A stretch of DNA of 63,602 nucleotides, the filler included. It is 7 parts of 7 records of this genome, joined end to end, with 100 filler letters (N's around TTAATTAATTAA, not from the genome) between each part and the next. Parts side by side here need not be neighbours in the genome. Positions count along the whole stretch, not along the records: positions 49,294 to 57,675 come from SRR20825006_3073; positions 57,776 to 63,602 come from SRR20825006_3077; 5 more parts are not named here. The stretch is one strand, 5' to 3'. This document shows positions 53,030 to 63,237 of the stretch, piece after piece. The notes under the pieces are model-generated. The model was not told the DNA's origin, did not search any database, and worked only from the letters and a program-made list of their open reading frames with translations. Positions within the stretch are counted from its first letter, which is position 1. Every line of letters starts with the position of its first letter. The position numbers were made by a program, and so were the translations under genes.

Positions 53030-53180
53030 CAGAATGTGACGAAATTGGGGGAGCAGGCGCGATCCGGCGCAAAGATCACACCTGTCTCGACATGACATTT
53101 TCAATGGATGACATCGCGCGGTTTCCGCACCCCGGGATCGACGACGCTTGTTGTCCGACAACAACAAATGACAAGGGCCA

Positions 53181-54386
53181 ATGACCGATAAAATCGTTGT
53201 AAAGGACCTTTATAAAGTCTTTGGCGACCGTCCTGATCAGGCAATGCAGATGATCAATGACGGGATCGACAAAGCCGAAATTTTTGACAAAACCGGACAA
53301 ACCGTCGGGGTTTGCGGCGCCAGCTTCACCGTCCGTCAGGGCGAGATTTTCGTTGTGATGGGGCTTTCGGGATCCGGAAAATCGACACTTGTTCGCCTGC
53401 TGAACCGTTTGATCGAGCCGACGTCGGGCCAGGTTCTTTATGACGGCACCGACATTGCCGCCATGAATGACGAGGAATTGCGCGAATTACGCCGAAGGGA
53501 CATGTCCATGGTATTCCAGTCCTTTGCACTGATGCCCCATATGAGCGTCGTCGAAAATGCAGCATTTGGCCTAGAATTGGCGGGTGTTGCCGAAAACGAA
53601 CGCCATGAGCGCGCCCTGAATGCGCTTGATCAGGTCGGACTGAAAGCACAGGCCAATTCATACCCCGATGAACTTTCGGGTGGCATGCAGCAGCGCGTCG
53701 GCCTTGCCCGTGCCCTTGCCAACGACCCATCCGTTATGTTGATGGACGAAGCATTTTCCGCCCTTGATCCGCTGATCCGTACAGAAATGCAGGACGAACT
53801 TCTAACCCTGCAACGTGAACACAAGCGCACCATCATCTTCATCTCGCACGATCTGGATGAAGCGATGCGCATCGGTGACCGTATCGCGATCATGGAGGGC
53901 GGCATTGTCGTTCAGGTCGGAACGCCTGAGGAAATCCTCAACAATCCGGCCAATGACTATGTCAAATCGTTCTTCCGCGGTGTTGATGTCTCAACAATTC
54001 TTACGGCCAAGGATATCGTCGTAAAACGCCAGGTTACTGTGATCGAACGCGAAGGCGTTGGCCTTAAAACAGCCCTTAACCGCCTGCGTAACGAAGACCG
54101 CGAATATGGCTATATCGTTGGTGACAAGCTTGATTTCCACGGGATCATTTCCGTCGACAGCGTCGATCAGGCGATCAAATCAGGTGCCGACAAACTTTCA
54201 GCAGCTTTCCTGCCTGATATCGAAGCCGTTTCCCATGACACCCAGCTTTCTGACCTGATCGGAACCGTGGCACATACACCGTGCGGCGTGCCGGTCGTCA
54301 ATGAAAACGGCAAATATCTTGGCGTAATCAACAGAGCCAATCTTTTGGCGACTCTCGACCGCGAAGGAGATGGCGCAAATGGCTGA
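53181..54386 (+). CDS. proV: Glycine betaine/proline ABC ATPase with CBS domains
   Basis: [37 protein letters not shown] and C-terminal CBS pair. Confidence 0.95.
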   Translation: MTDKIVVKDLYKVFGDRPDQAMQMINDGIDKAEIFDKTGQTVGVCGASFTVRQGEIFVVMGLSGSGKSTLVRLLNRLIEPTSGQVLYDGTDIAAMNDEELRELRRRDMSMVFQSFALMPHMSVVENAAFGLELAGVAENERHERALNALDQVGLKAQANSYPDELSGGMQQRVGLARALANDPSVMLMDEAFSALDPLIRTEMQDELLTLQREHKRTIIFISHDLDEAMRIGDRIAIMEGGIVVQVGTPEEILNNPANDYVKSFFRGVDVSTILTAKDIVVKRQVTVIEREGVGLKTALNRLRNEDREYGYIVGDKLDFHGIISVDSVDQAIKSGADKLSAAFLPDIEAVSHDTQLSDLIGTVAHTPCGVPVVNENGKYLGVINRANLLATLDREGDGANG

Positions 54387-55485
54387 TAACAGCAATCCGT
54401 GGGGTGCTGCCACCGATACCGGCGCGGCAGATGCAGCAAAAGACGCAACCACATCAGGTGCCGCTGATGCAGCCCGGAACGGCGCGTCCAATCCATGGGG
54501 TGGCGGTGACGCTTCTGACACGGCAGGAGACTGGCTTTCGAATGCCGCCCCTGCCCCGGAACATCATTTTGATATCCTTCATCCGTTTCAGGATGCGGTC
54601 ATTCCACTTGATATCTGGGTCAATCATGGGCTGGAATGGGTCGTCGATAACTTTCGCAGCGTCTTTCAGGCGATCCGCTGGCCGATTGATGCGGTCCTAT
54701 CGGGTGTCGAAACTGGGTTGCAGGCAACACCAGCCATCGTTGTCATTCTGATCCTGTCATTGATTGCGTGGCAGTTGGCCGGTCGTCGCCTTGCGATTGG
54801 TACTTTGATTTCGATGATTGCCGTTGGTCTGATCGGTGCCTGGTCAGAAGCCATGGTGACATTATCATTGGTTATAACATCGGTTCTGTTCTGCGTGGTC
54901 CTGGGCCTGCCGACCGGTATCTGGCTGGCACGCAATGAACGGGCAGCAAATACGGCACGCCCCGTCCTTGACGCAATGCAGACAACACCTGCGTTTGTTT
55001 ACCTTGTGCCTATCGTGATGCTGTTTGGTATTGGCAACGTTCCGGGCGTGGTGGTGACCATCATCTTTGCCCTGCCGCCACTGATCCGCCTGACCATTCT
55101 GGGTATCCGTCAGGTGCCCGGCGATCTGGTCGAAGCGGCTCGTTCCTTTGGCGCCAGCCCGAAACAGCTTCTGTTCCGTGTTCAGCTTCCGCTTGCCATG
55201 CCGACAATCATGGCAGGCGTGAACCAGACCCTGATGCTTGCCCTTTCGATGGTGGTGATCGCCTCGATGATCGCTGTTGGTGGCCTTGGTCAGATGGTTT
55301 TGCGCGGCATTGGTCGCCTTGACATGGGCCTTGCCACAGTTGGCGGTGTTGGGATTGTCCTTCTGGCCATCGTGCTTGACCGCATGACGCAGGCGCTTGG
55401 TCAGGATAGCCGCAGCAAAGGCACCCGCCACTGGTACGAAAGCGGCCCGGCCGCAGCTATCCGTTCCCTTATGGGCAAGAAATAG
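54379..55485 (+). CDS. proW: Glycine betaine/proline ABC permease with long N-terminal tail
   Basis: MADNSNPW...DWL...HFDILHPF N-terminus; [12 protein letters not shown] and EAARSFGA motifs. Confidence 0.93.
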   Translation: MADNSNPWGAATDTGAADAAKDATTSGAADAARNGASNPWGGGDASDTAGDWLSNAAPAPEHHFDILHPFQDAVIPLDIWVNHGLEWVVDNFRSVFQAIRWPIDAVLSGVETGLQATPAIVVILILSLIAWQLAGRRLAIGTLISMIAVGLIGAWSEAMVTLSLVITSVLFCVVLGLPTGIWLARNERAANTARPVLDAMQTTPAFVYLVPIVMLFGIGNVPGVVVTIIFALPPLIRLTILGIRQVPGDLVEAARSFGASPKQLLFRVQLPLAMPTIMAGVNQTLMLALSMVVIASMIAVGGLGQMVLRGIGRLDMGLATVGGVGIVLLAIVLDRMTQALGQDSRSKGTRHWYESGPAAAIRSLMGKK

Positions 55486-55548
55486 CCGGCACGCCGGTTT
55501 GAAAACAAGGGCAGAAAACTGCCCCAATCAACCAACAAGGAGAAGCTA

Positions 55549-56565
55549 ATGACGATCCTGAAGAAACTTTCCACCGGTGCAGCCATTGCTGTGACCAGCT
55601 CGTTTCTGATCAGCGGCACTGCTTTTGCCGACAACATGAAACCGGGCGAAGGCGTTGAAGTTCAGCCGCTTAAAAGCTCGATCGCCGAAGAAACATTCCA
55701 GACCGTTCTGGTGAACAAGGCGCTTGAAGAACTTGGCTATGACGTCCAGGATATCCAGGAAATCGAATATGCTGCGGGCCACGTTGCCATCGGCAATGGC
55801 GATGCGACCTTCTTGGCCGATCACTGGAACCCGCTGCATGCCGATTTTTACAAGGCTGCTGGCGGTGACAAGAAAATCTATCGCGAAGGTGTATATTCAC
55901 CGGGCGCGTTGCAGGGTTACCTGATCGACAAGAAAACAGCTGATGAATACAACATCACCAATATCAGCCAGTTGTCCGATCCGGAAATCGCCAAGATTTT
56001 TGACAATAACGGCGACGGCAAAGCTGATCTTGCGGGCTGCAACCCGGGTTGGGGCTGTGAAGGTGTGATCGAACATCACCTTGATGCCTATGACCTGCGC
56101 GACACGGTGGCCCACAATCAGGGTTCCTATTCGGCGATCATCGCCGATACCATCACCCGTTATAAGGCTGGCGAGCCGATCCTGTATTACACCTGGACCC
56201 CTTATTGGGTTTCGGGCGTTCTCGTACCGGGCAAAGACGTTACCTGGCTTCAGGTTCCGTTCTCGTCGCTTCCGGGTGAAAACAAGGAAGCCGATACCGC
56301 CCTTCCGGACGGTTCGAACTATGGCTTCCAGGTGAACAACCAGCAGATCATCGCCAACAAGGCATGGGCCGAAGAAAACCCGGCTGCGGCAAAACTGTTT
56401 GCGATCATGGAACTGTCAGCCAACGACATCTCGGCCCAGAACCTTCGCATGCGCGATGGCGAAAAATCGGCCGAGGATATCGACCGTCATGCCGATGCCT
56501 GGATCAAGGCAAATCAGGCGAAATTCGACGGCTGGCTTGAAGAAGCACGTAAAGCTGCGATGTAA
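55549..56565 (+). CDS. proX: Glycine betaine-binding protein
   Basis: EETFQT motif; Trp cage positions (HWNPLH, PGWGCE, YTWTPYW). Confidence 0.93.
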   Translation: MTILKKLSTGAAIAVTSSFLISGTAFADNMKPGEGVEVQPLKSSIAEETFQTVLVNKALEELGYDVQDIQEIEYAAGHVAIGNGDATFLADHWNPLHADFYKAAGGDKKIYREGVYSPGALQGYLIDKKTADEYNITNISQLSDPEIAKIFDNNGDGKADLAGCNPGWGCEGVIEHHLDAYDLRDTVAHNQGSYSAIIADTITRYKAGEPILYYTWTPYWVSGVLVPGKDVTWLQVPFSSLPGENKEADTALPDGSNYGFQVNNQQIIANKAWAEENPAAAKLFAIMELSANDISAQNLRMRDGEKSAEDIDRHADAWIKANQAKFDGWLEEARKAAM

Positions 56566-56607
56566 TCGCGTTAAGGCTTTTAAGCTCTGACGTCTTTGAC
56601 GTGTAAA

Positions 56608-56640
56608 GCAGCCCGCCTGAATGGGGCGGGCTGTTTTATT
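56608..56640 (+). terminator. Intrinsic terminator after proX
   Basis: GCAGCCCGCC-TGAATGG-GGCGGGCTGT-TTTATT. Confidence 0.8.
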
Positions 56641-56646
56641 ATCAGT

Positions 56647-56679
56647 TCCTGACGCAAAAAACTGTCAGGAGATGTCAGT
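56647..56679. repeat. Inverted copy of the 17-bp element (56663-56679) with local dyad
   Basis: TCCTGAC-GCAAAAAACT-GTCAGGA-GATGTCAGT. Confidence 0.8.
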
Positions 56680-56770
56680 CCCTCAAGCAATTAATCGTGC
56701 GCAGGCGGGATCATATTGCTAGGCTCCTACGTTCATTGGTTTTCTGAACACAACCGGCCGGACGCACACG

Positions 56771-57637
56771 ATGTTTCCAGAACAATTGAATGTGCCCTTG
56801 GGCAAATGGGTCAATCGCTTTGTCGACTGGCTGGTGGTGAATTATGGCGATGCCTTTGAAGCGTTTGCCGACAGCCTGCTGACAATTCTGGTCTGGCTTG
56901 AACAAATCCTGCGCGGAACGCCTTGGTGGATCGTGGTGATCGCGGTTGCGGTCATCGGATTTCATGCCAGCCGCAACTGGAAAATTGCCGCCGGACTGGC
57001 AATTGCCATGGTTGCCATCGGATCGCTGGGGCTTTGGGACAAGGCGATGCAGACCCTTGCCCTGATGATCGTGGCAACGTCATTTTCGGTGATCATCGGC
57101 GTTCCGGTCGGCATTGCGATGGCGATGTCCAACCGGCTACGCGCCGTAATGCTGCCGATCCTTGATACCATGCAGACAATGCCAAGCTTTGTGTATCTGA
57201 TTCCAGCTTTGATGCTGTTTGGTCTGGGCAAGGTACCAGCTATCCTTGCAACTGTGATTTACGCGGCCCCGCCGGTAATCCGTCTGACCGATCTGGGAAT
57301 CAGGCTGGTCGATGCCGAAGTTCTTGAAGCATCCCGGTCATTCGGAGCCAGCCGCAAGCAAATCCTCTGGAAAGTGCAACTCCCCCTCGCCCTACCCAAC
57401 ATCATGGCCGGGATCAATCAGACGACAATGATGTCGATCTCGATGGTGGTGATTGCGTCCATGATCGGTGCGCGCGGCCTTGGTGAACAGGTATTGATGG
57501 GCATCCAGCGCCTTGATGTTGGTGCGGGTATGGAAGCCGGCATTGCGATTGTGCTTCTGGCGGTGGTGTTTGACCGGATCGGTCAGGCTTATGGCAGACG
57601 GTCCCAACGCAGTCACAAGGCGGAGGAAAAGCCATGA
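56771..57637 (+). CDS. Second ProW/HutW-type ABC permease
   Basis: DTMQTMPSFVYL, EASRSFGA and AGINQT motifs. Confidence 0.92.
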   Translation: MFPEQLNVPLGKWVNRFVDWLVVNYGDAFEAFADSLLTILVWLEQILRGTPWWIVVIAVAVIGFHASRNWKIAAGLAIAMVAIGSLGLWDKAMQTLALMIVATSFSVIIGVPVGIAMAMSNRLRAVMLPILDTMQTMPSFVYLIPALMLFGLGKVPAILATVIYAAPPVIRLTDLGIRLVDAEVLEASRSFGASRKQILWKVQLPLALPNIMAGINQTTMMSISMVVIASMIGARGLGEQVLMGIQRLDVGAGMEAGIAIVLLAVVFDRIGQAYGRRSQRSHKAEEKP

Positions 57638-57675
57638 GTTATATTGAAATCCGCAATATTTTCAAAATCTTCGGC
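57634..57675 (+). CDS. ProV/HutV-type ATPase, N-terminal fragment
   Basis: MSYIEIRNIFKIFG; GGAGG Shine-Dalgarno and ATGA overlap with the permease. Confidence 0.75.
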
Positions 57676-57775
57676 NNNNNNNNNNNNNNNNNNNNNNNNN
57701 NNNNNNNNNNNNNNNNNNNTTAATTAATTAANNNNNNNNNNNNNNNNNNNNNNNNNNNNNNNNNNNNNNNNNNNN
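57676..57775. other. Artificial spacer
   Basis: N-run / TTAATTAATTAA / N-run. Confidence 0.99.
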
Positions 57776-58593
57776 GCGATCAGGGCATCATGTTCGGCTA
57801 TGCCGCGCGCGAAACCCCCGAGCTGCTGCCCGCCCCGATCTATTATGCCCACAAGATCCTGTCCTCGCTGACCGAGGCCCGCAAGGCCAATCACGGTCCC
57901 GCCGGCAAGCTTGGCCCCGACGCCAAGAGCCAGGTGACCGTGCAGTATCGCGACGGCAAGCCGGTCGGTGTCACCCAGATCGTGCTTTCGACCCAGCACC
58001 TGGACGAGACCCTGACCTCTGAAGACGTGCGCAACATCGTCGAGCCGATTGTCCGCGCGGCCCTGCCTGAAGGCTGGATCAGCGACGAGACCGTCTGGCA
58101 CGTCAATCCCACCGGCAAGTTCGTCGTCGGCGGTCCCGATGGCGATGCGGGCCTCACCGGTCGCAAGATTATTGTCGACACCTATGGTGGGGCAGCTCCG
58201 CATGGTGGCGGTGCCTTCTCGGGCAAGGATCCCACCAAGGTGGACCGGTCCGCGGCCTATGCGGCGCGCTACCTCGCCAAGAACGTGGTGGCCGCCGGTC
58301 TCGCCGATCGCGCCACCATCCAGCTCAGCTATGCCATCGGCGTGGCCAAGCCGCTCTCGATCTATGTCGATCTGCACGGCACCGGCAAGGTGGACGAGGC
58401 GGTGCTGGAAAAGGCGCTGGCCGAGGTGATGGACCTGACCCCGCGCGGCATCCGCACCCATCTCGATCTCAACAAGCCCATCTATGCCAAGACCGCCGCC
58501 TATGGCCATTTCGGCCGCAAGGCCGGCCGCGATGGCAGCTTCTCCTGGGAGAAGACCGACCTGGTCAAGGCCCTCAAGGCCGCAGTCGCCTGA
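57776..58593 (+). CDS. metK: S-adenosylmethionine synthetase, 5'-truncated
   Basis: [23 protein letters not shown] and GGGAFSGKD motifs. Confidence 0.97.
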
Positions 58594-58672
58594 TCTTTCA
58601 TTTGCATTGACCACGGGTCTCTTTTCCGCAAAAGCGGGGAGGAGGCCCTTTTTCTTGTTTCTCTGAGCCCCG

Positions 58673-59383
58673 ATGACCGATCACGAACTGCCCAAGACCC
58701 GCTCCGGCGAACCACGTGCCTTTTTCGGCCGCCGTTCAGGCAAGAAGCTGCATGGCGGGCAAAAGGCGCAGGTCGCCGAAATATTGCCCCGCTTTGAAAT
58801 CGCGCTGGCCGAACAGCTCGATCCGCGTGCCCTGTTTCCCGAAGCGGAGCGGATTATTATCGAGATCGGCTATGGCGGGGGCGAGCATCTGGCTCGCAAG
58901 GCCGCCGAACAGCCCGGCACCGGCTTTATCGGCTGCGAAGTCTTTACCGGCGGCATCGGCAAGATGGTGCAGGCGATCGACGCCAATGGCCTCAAAAATG
59001 TGCGCCTCTATACCGATGACGCGCTCAAATTGCTGATGACCCTGCCCGAGGCCTCGGTCGACGAGGTCTATCTGCTCTATCCCGATCCCTGGCCCAAGAC
59101 CCGGCACCACAAGCGGCGCTTTGTCTCGCCCACCACGCTCAATGAACTGGCGCGGGTGATCCGCCCTGGCGGCGTCTTCAACTTCGCCACCGATATCGAG
59201 GATTATGCGGATTGGACCCTGGCCCATATCCTGCGCCAGCCCTTGTTCATCTTTGCCCCCCAGGCCCCGGGAAGTTGGCACGCGCCTTATCCCGGCTGGC
59301 AGCCGACGCGATACGAGAAAAAAGCCCGGCGCGAGGGGCGCATGCGCTCGTTCTATTTCAGCTTTCCGCGACAGGCGGTGTAA
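58673..59383 (+). CDS. trmB: tRNA (guanine-N7)-methyltransferase
   Basis: EIGYGGG, YPDPWPKTRHHKRR, ATD and TRYE motifs. Confidence 0.94.
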   Translation: MTDHELPKTRSGEPRAFFGRRSGKKLHGGQKAQVAEILPRFEIALAEQLDPRALFPEAERIIIEIGYGGGEHLARKAAEQPGTGFIGCEVFTGGIGKMVQAIDANGLKNVRLYTDDALKLLMTLPEASVDEVYLLYPDPWPKTRHHKRRFVSPTTLNELARVIRPGGVFNFATDIEDYADWTLAHILRQPLFIFAPQAPGSWHAPYPGWQPTRYEKKARREGRMRSFYFSFPRQAV

Positions 59384-59479
59384 CCGGTCGGCAACCCTGA
59401 TCGGCTTTATGGCCCGCCGGCTCTGGACCTTGGCGCGTCGCGCCCCATATCGGGTGGGCAAGCGTCACGGAGTTGAGCC

Positions 59480-59848
59480 ATGTCCGATCACCAATATCCC
59501 GCCACAGCCGATGCGGATCTGCTGGTCGTGCGGCCGGGCAAGTGGACCCTGGTGGTGATCGTGCAATTGCGTGAGGGAACGATGCGGTTCAATGAGTTAC
59601 GCCGCAATATGGGTGGGGTACCGCAGAAATCGCTCAGCGTCACCCTGCGCGAGCTCGAGCGTGACGGCTTCATCACCCGCACGGCCTATGCGACCATTCC
59701 GCCGCGGGTGGAATATGATCTCACCGATCTGGGGCGAGACCTTCTGCATCTGGCGGATGATTTCAAGCGGTTTGCCCAGCGCAACCGCGATGCGGTGGAA
59801 CAGGCGCGGCGCCTGTTCGACGCCGCTGATGACCGCGCATCCTTTTAG
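59480..59848 (+). CDS. HxlR (DUF24) winged-helix regulator
   Basis: KWT, RFNEL, LRELERDG and PPRVEYDLT motifs. Confidence 0.92.
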   Translation: MSDHQYPATADADLLVVRPGKWTLVVIVQLREGTMRFNELRRNMGGVPQKSLSVTLRELERDGFITRTAYATIPPRVEYDLTDLGRDLLHLADDFKRFAQRNRDAVEQARRLFDAADDRASF

Positions 59849-59863
59849 AGGCCGCGGCCTACG

Positions 59864-59888
59864 GGCGCCGCCAGAAACTGGCGGCGCC
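59864..59888. terminator. GC-rich hairpin between convergent genes
   Basis: GGCGCCGCCAG-AAA-CTGGCGGCGCC; no U tract. Confidence 0.5.
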
Positions 59889-59902
59889 AGGCGCTGAACC
59901 GG

Positions 59903-60175
59903 TCAGAGATTGGCCGGGGTCAGGGTCACGGGGTGGAAGAACTGCATGGTCTGATTGCCATCGGCACCCACCACATAGGCGCGGACATAAGAGCCCCATT
60001 CTTCAACATCGGTGGCGTTGACGCCCTGCTCCTGCAGCTGGGCCAGCACATAGTCCGAATCGAAATTGTTCTCTTCGGCGGCCGCGGCGGGGGCTGCGGC
60101 GGCCATGGCCGGCAGGGCAGCGCCCGAAACAAGGGCGGCGGCGGTAACGAGGGCGATTACACTGTTCTTGATCAT
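59903..60175 (-). CDS. Small secreted protein (possibly PepSY-like)
   Basis: 90 aa, Sec signal peptide (..LPAMA), AAGGA Shine-Dalgarno; L..QGV.A..VEEWG..VRAYV motif. Confidence 0.7.
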   Translation of the reverse strand: MIKNSVIALVTAAALVSGAALPAMAAAAPAAAAEENNFDSDYVLAQLQEQGVNATDVEEWGSYVRAYVVGADGNQTMQFFHPVTLTPANL

Positions 60176-60321
60176 GGGAGGATGATCCTTTCTGTTGTGA
60201 ACGAGTTGGAAATGCGCACCCGTCCCGGCCTCCACAAGCGGCCGATTGCAAGTTTTTTGCACTTGAATTCGGCCCGCACCATCCGAAGGTTTGCTTAAGG
60301 AAATCAAGGGCTTTCAGGGAA

Positions 60322-60347
60322 ACCCGGTATCCTTAAGGATACCGGGT
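60322..60347. promoter_or_regulatory. Perfect 26-bp palindrome, candidate operator
   Basis: ACCCGGTATCCTT|AAGGATACCGGGT in a divergent intergenic region. Confidence 0.6.
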
Positions 60348-60419
60348 GCCCGCCCTGATACCCCCTCATGCAACCTCCGGCGCGCCCGGCGATTGAAAGG
60401 AGAAAGGAGACCTTGGAAA

Positions 60420-61085
60420 ATGGAAATCAGCGTCCGCATTCTCGATACCATTCCTCTCACCCACAATGTCCGGCATTATCGGCTCGAACGGCCCAAAGGG
60501 TATGATTTCACCCCCGGCCAAGCGACTGAAGTCAGCATCGACCGCCAGGATTGGCGCGACAAGAAGCGCCCCTTTACCTTCACCTGCCTGCCCGATGCCG
60601 ATACGCTCGAATTCACCATCAAGAGCTATTTCGACCACACGGGCGTGACCAATGAACTCTGGTCGCTGGGAGCGGGGGATCACCTGATCCTGCGCGATGT
60701 CTGGGGCACCATTCAATATAAGGGGCCCGGCACGTTCATTGCCGGCGGTGCCGGCGTCACCCCCTTTATCGCCATCCTGCGGCACCTGAACGCCACCGGA
60801 AAGCTGGCCGGCAACCGTCTGATTGCCTCTCACCGCACCGAACAAGACATCATCCTGCGCGACGAATTCGAGGCCATGGAGGGGCTCGATGTGCTCTGGA
60901 CGCTGACCGACGATCCCAATTCATTCCTCATGCAGGAGCGGATCGATGCCGGTTTCCTCAAAAACCATGTCCCCGATCTGAGCCAGAACTTCTACCTCTG
61001 CGGGCCGGACCCCATGGTCAAGGATCTGCGCGGCCTGCTCGACGCAGCCGGCGCCGATGTGGGCAATGTCACCTGGGAGAAATAG
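60420..61085 (+). CDS. FNR-type FAD/NAD(P)-binding oxidoreductase (flavodoxin reductase-like)
   Basis: FTPGQ, RPFT, FIAGGAGVTPF and YLCGP motifs. Confidence 0.9.
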   Translation: MEISVRILDTIPLTHNVRHYRLERPKGYDFTPGQATEVSIDRQDWRDKKRPFTFTCLPDADTLEFTIKSYFDHTGVTNELWSLGAGDHLILRDVWGTIQYKGPGTFIAGGAGVTPFIAILRHLNATGKLAGNRLIASHRTEQDIILRDEFEAMEGLDVLWTLTDDPNSFLMQERIDAGFLKNHVPDLSQNFYLCGPDPMVKDLRGLLDAAGADVGNVTWEK

Positions 61086-61088
61086 GGC

Positions 61089-62336
61089 TCAGGCAAACGC
61101 CAGTTCGAGGCTATCGGGGCGACGCTGCACGATATGGGCGAACCATTCATGGCCGGTCGAACGCAGTTCCAGCGTCACCTCCGCAGGGATATCCTGCGCC
61201 GAAGCGAGCTGCAATTCCGCCCCCTGTTCCCACAGCGCGCGCACCGTACAGTCAACCACGGAGCGCCGGTTGTTGAAGATCAGGCGTCCGGCCTTGAGGA
61301 CGCGGCGGCGATCGATTGGCTGGGCAGTCGTGGCCGTGGTGGCCCCGCGCCAGCTCATGGTCAGATTGCGGCCGGCCCCCTTGGCCTCGTAGAGCGCCTC
61401 ATCGGCTTTGAGCAGCACGGCCTCGAGATCGTCCCGCCCCGGGTCGAGGGTGGCCACCCCGAAACTGGCTGATATCCGGATGGGCGGGCGGCTCCCTGGA
61501 AATTCCAGGGCCCTGATTGCCAGCCGCAGTTTTTCCGCGACGGCGACGGCCGCTGGTCCATCCGCATCGGGCAGGATGATGGCAAATTCCTCGCCGCCCA
61601 GCCGCCCGAACAAGTCACTCTGGCGCAGGCCTGCTTCGGCCGCTGCGGCGACCGCCTTGAGCACGCTGTCCCCCGCTGCGTGGCCATAGGTGTCATTGAC
61701 CGTCTTGAAATGATCGATGTCGAAGGCAATGGCTGAAAGCTGGCTGCGATGGCGGCGCGCCAGGGCGACGAACTTGCCCGCATCCTCCTTGAAAGAGCGA
61801 CGCGTAGCGATACCGGTCAGCCCATCGACACTGGCCAGCCGCCGCAACTCGAGCTCGCTCATCACCACCTGCGCCAGCTCGCGCAATATGGCGATCTCCC
61901 TCTCGGATATCTCGCGGGCCCGGCTGTCGATCGCACAGATCGTGCCGATGATATGCCCGTCGCTGGTCACCAGCGGCATTCCGGCATAAAAGCGCACGCC
62001 ATTGGATGCGGTAACGTGGGGATTGTCGCAGAACCGCGCGTCCTGGGTGGCATCGGTGACGATCAGCGGATCGGGCGCCAACAGGGCGTATTGGCAGAAT
62101 GTGTCCTTGAGCGGCACCTGGCTGTTGGGTGTGCCCCGGGCCGCCTTGTACCATTGCCGGTGTGCATCGATCAGTGTGACGAGCGCAGTCTCAACCCCGA
62201 AGATCATGCGGATCAATCCGGCAATGCGGTCAAAGCCCGGTTCTGCCGGCGTGTCGAGAATATCGTAGCGTTCCAGGGCAGCCAGCCGATCGGCGTCGGC
62301 GGCGGCCTCGCGGAATTGTTCAGGGGCTTGCGTCAT
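61089..62336 (-). CDS. GAF-GGDEF diguanylate cyclase with C-terminal PilZ-like domain
   Basis: GAF (RLAALERYDILDT, RFYAGMPL), DIDHFKTVNDTYGH, RQSD I-site, GGEEF; tail RRRVLKAGRLIF...DCTVR. Confidence 0.9.
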   Translation of the reverse strand: MTQAPEQFREAAADADRLAALERYDILDTPAEPGFDRIAGLIRMIFGVETALVTLIDAHRQWYKAARGTPNSQVPLKDTFCQYALLAPDPLIVTDATQDARFCDNPHVTASNGVRFYAGMPLVTSDGHIIGTICAIDSRAREISEREIAILRELAQVVMSELELRRLASVDGLTGIATRRSFKEDAGKFVALARRHRSQLSAIAFDIDHFKTVNDTYGHAAGDSVLKAVAAAAEAGLRQSDLFGRLGGEEFAIILPDADGPAAVAVAEKLRLAIRALEFPGSRPPIRISASFGVATLDPGRDDLEAVLLKADEALYEAKGAGRNLTMSWRGATTATTAQPIDRRRVLKAGRLIFNNRRSVVDCTVRALWEQGAELQLASAQDIPAEVTLELRSTGHEWFAHIVQRRPDSLELAFA

Positions 62337-62468
62337 GGCTTGGTCGCTCTATTGACGGTTCAAGATTGCCCCCAGCCTAGCCCCGCATAGTGGCGCAAGA
62401 GGAAATGGCGGGCATATTTTCGGGCCTTTCGTCCAACGTTGTTTATACTTCCTTGCCCAGCAGGCGCC

Positions 62469-62560
62469 TTGCCTTTCCGATCAGGCGGGTCTATATGGGG
62501 GCCAACATCATTGCTCTCTCTTCGAGGGTGGGTGCCCTGACCGGCCCCCGCTCTTTTTGT
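62469..62560 (+). promoter_or_regulatory. rimP-nusA promoter and terminator-like leader hairpin
   Basis: TTGCCT-N17-TATATG (62469-62497), then GAGGGTGGG...CCCGCTC-TTTTTGTTT (from 62524). Confidence 0.55.
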
Positions 62561-62618
62561 TTATCTGCGGGCGGTGTGCCCTTGCATGCATGGCCGCCCA
62601 GACTGGACTGATACCCAA

Positions 62619-63236
62619 TTGGCTTTCGATCTGACCGAGAAGCGCTACATCAAGGAAACGGGCCTGGAAGCCCGTGTCTCCCGTATTGTCGAGCCGGTTG
62701 CCAATGATCTGGGCTTTGCGCTGGTCCGGGTGAAGATCACCCCGGACAACGGCTGCACCCTGCAGATCATGGCCGAGGACGAGAACGGGCGCTTCAACAT
62801 CAATGACTGCGAGGCGCTCTCCAAGGACCTCTCGCCGGTGCTTGATGTTGAAGACCCGATTGATCGCGAATATCACCTCGAAGTGTCTTCGCCCGGTATC
62901 GACCGGCCGCTGGTGCGCAAGCGCGATTACCAGCGCTTCATTGGCCACGAAGCCAAGGTTGAGCTGTCCGACATGATCAATGGCCGCAAGCGTTTTCGCG
63001 GCGAAATCGGCCCGGTCGATGATGATGGCGTCACCATCATCCTGCCCGATGCACCGGGCGGCATGGATCCCAGCCACAAGCTGCTGTTCTCGACCATCGC
63101 CGAAGCCAAGCTGGTGATGACCGACAAGCTCATGGATATGGCCCGCGCCGACCAGGAGCTGCACCCCATCGACGACGACGAGACCGAAACGGTCGAGTAC
63201 GCCGACACTGAAGAAGTCTCTGAGGAGAAGAACTGA
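62619..63236 (+). CDS. rimP: Ribosome maturation factor RimP
   Basis: LDVEDPI..EYHLEVSSPGIDRPL motif; precedes nusA. TTG start inferred. Confidence 0.95.
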   Translation: MAFDLTEKRYIKETGLEARVSRIVEPVANDLGFALVRVKITPDNGCTLQIMAEDENGRFNINDCEALSKDLSPVLDVEDPIDREYHLEVSSPGIDRPLVRKRDYQRFIGHEAKVELSDMINGRKRFRGEIGPVDDDGVTIILPDAPGGMDPSHKLLFSTIAEAKLVMTDKLMDMARADQELHPIDDDETETVEYADTEEVSEEKN

Positions 63237-63237
63237 A

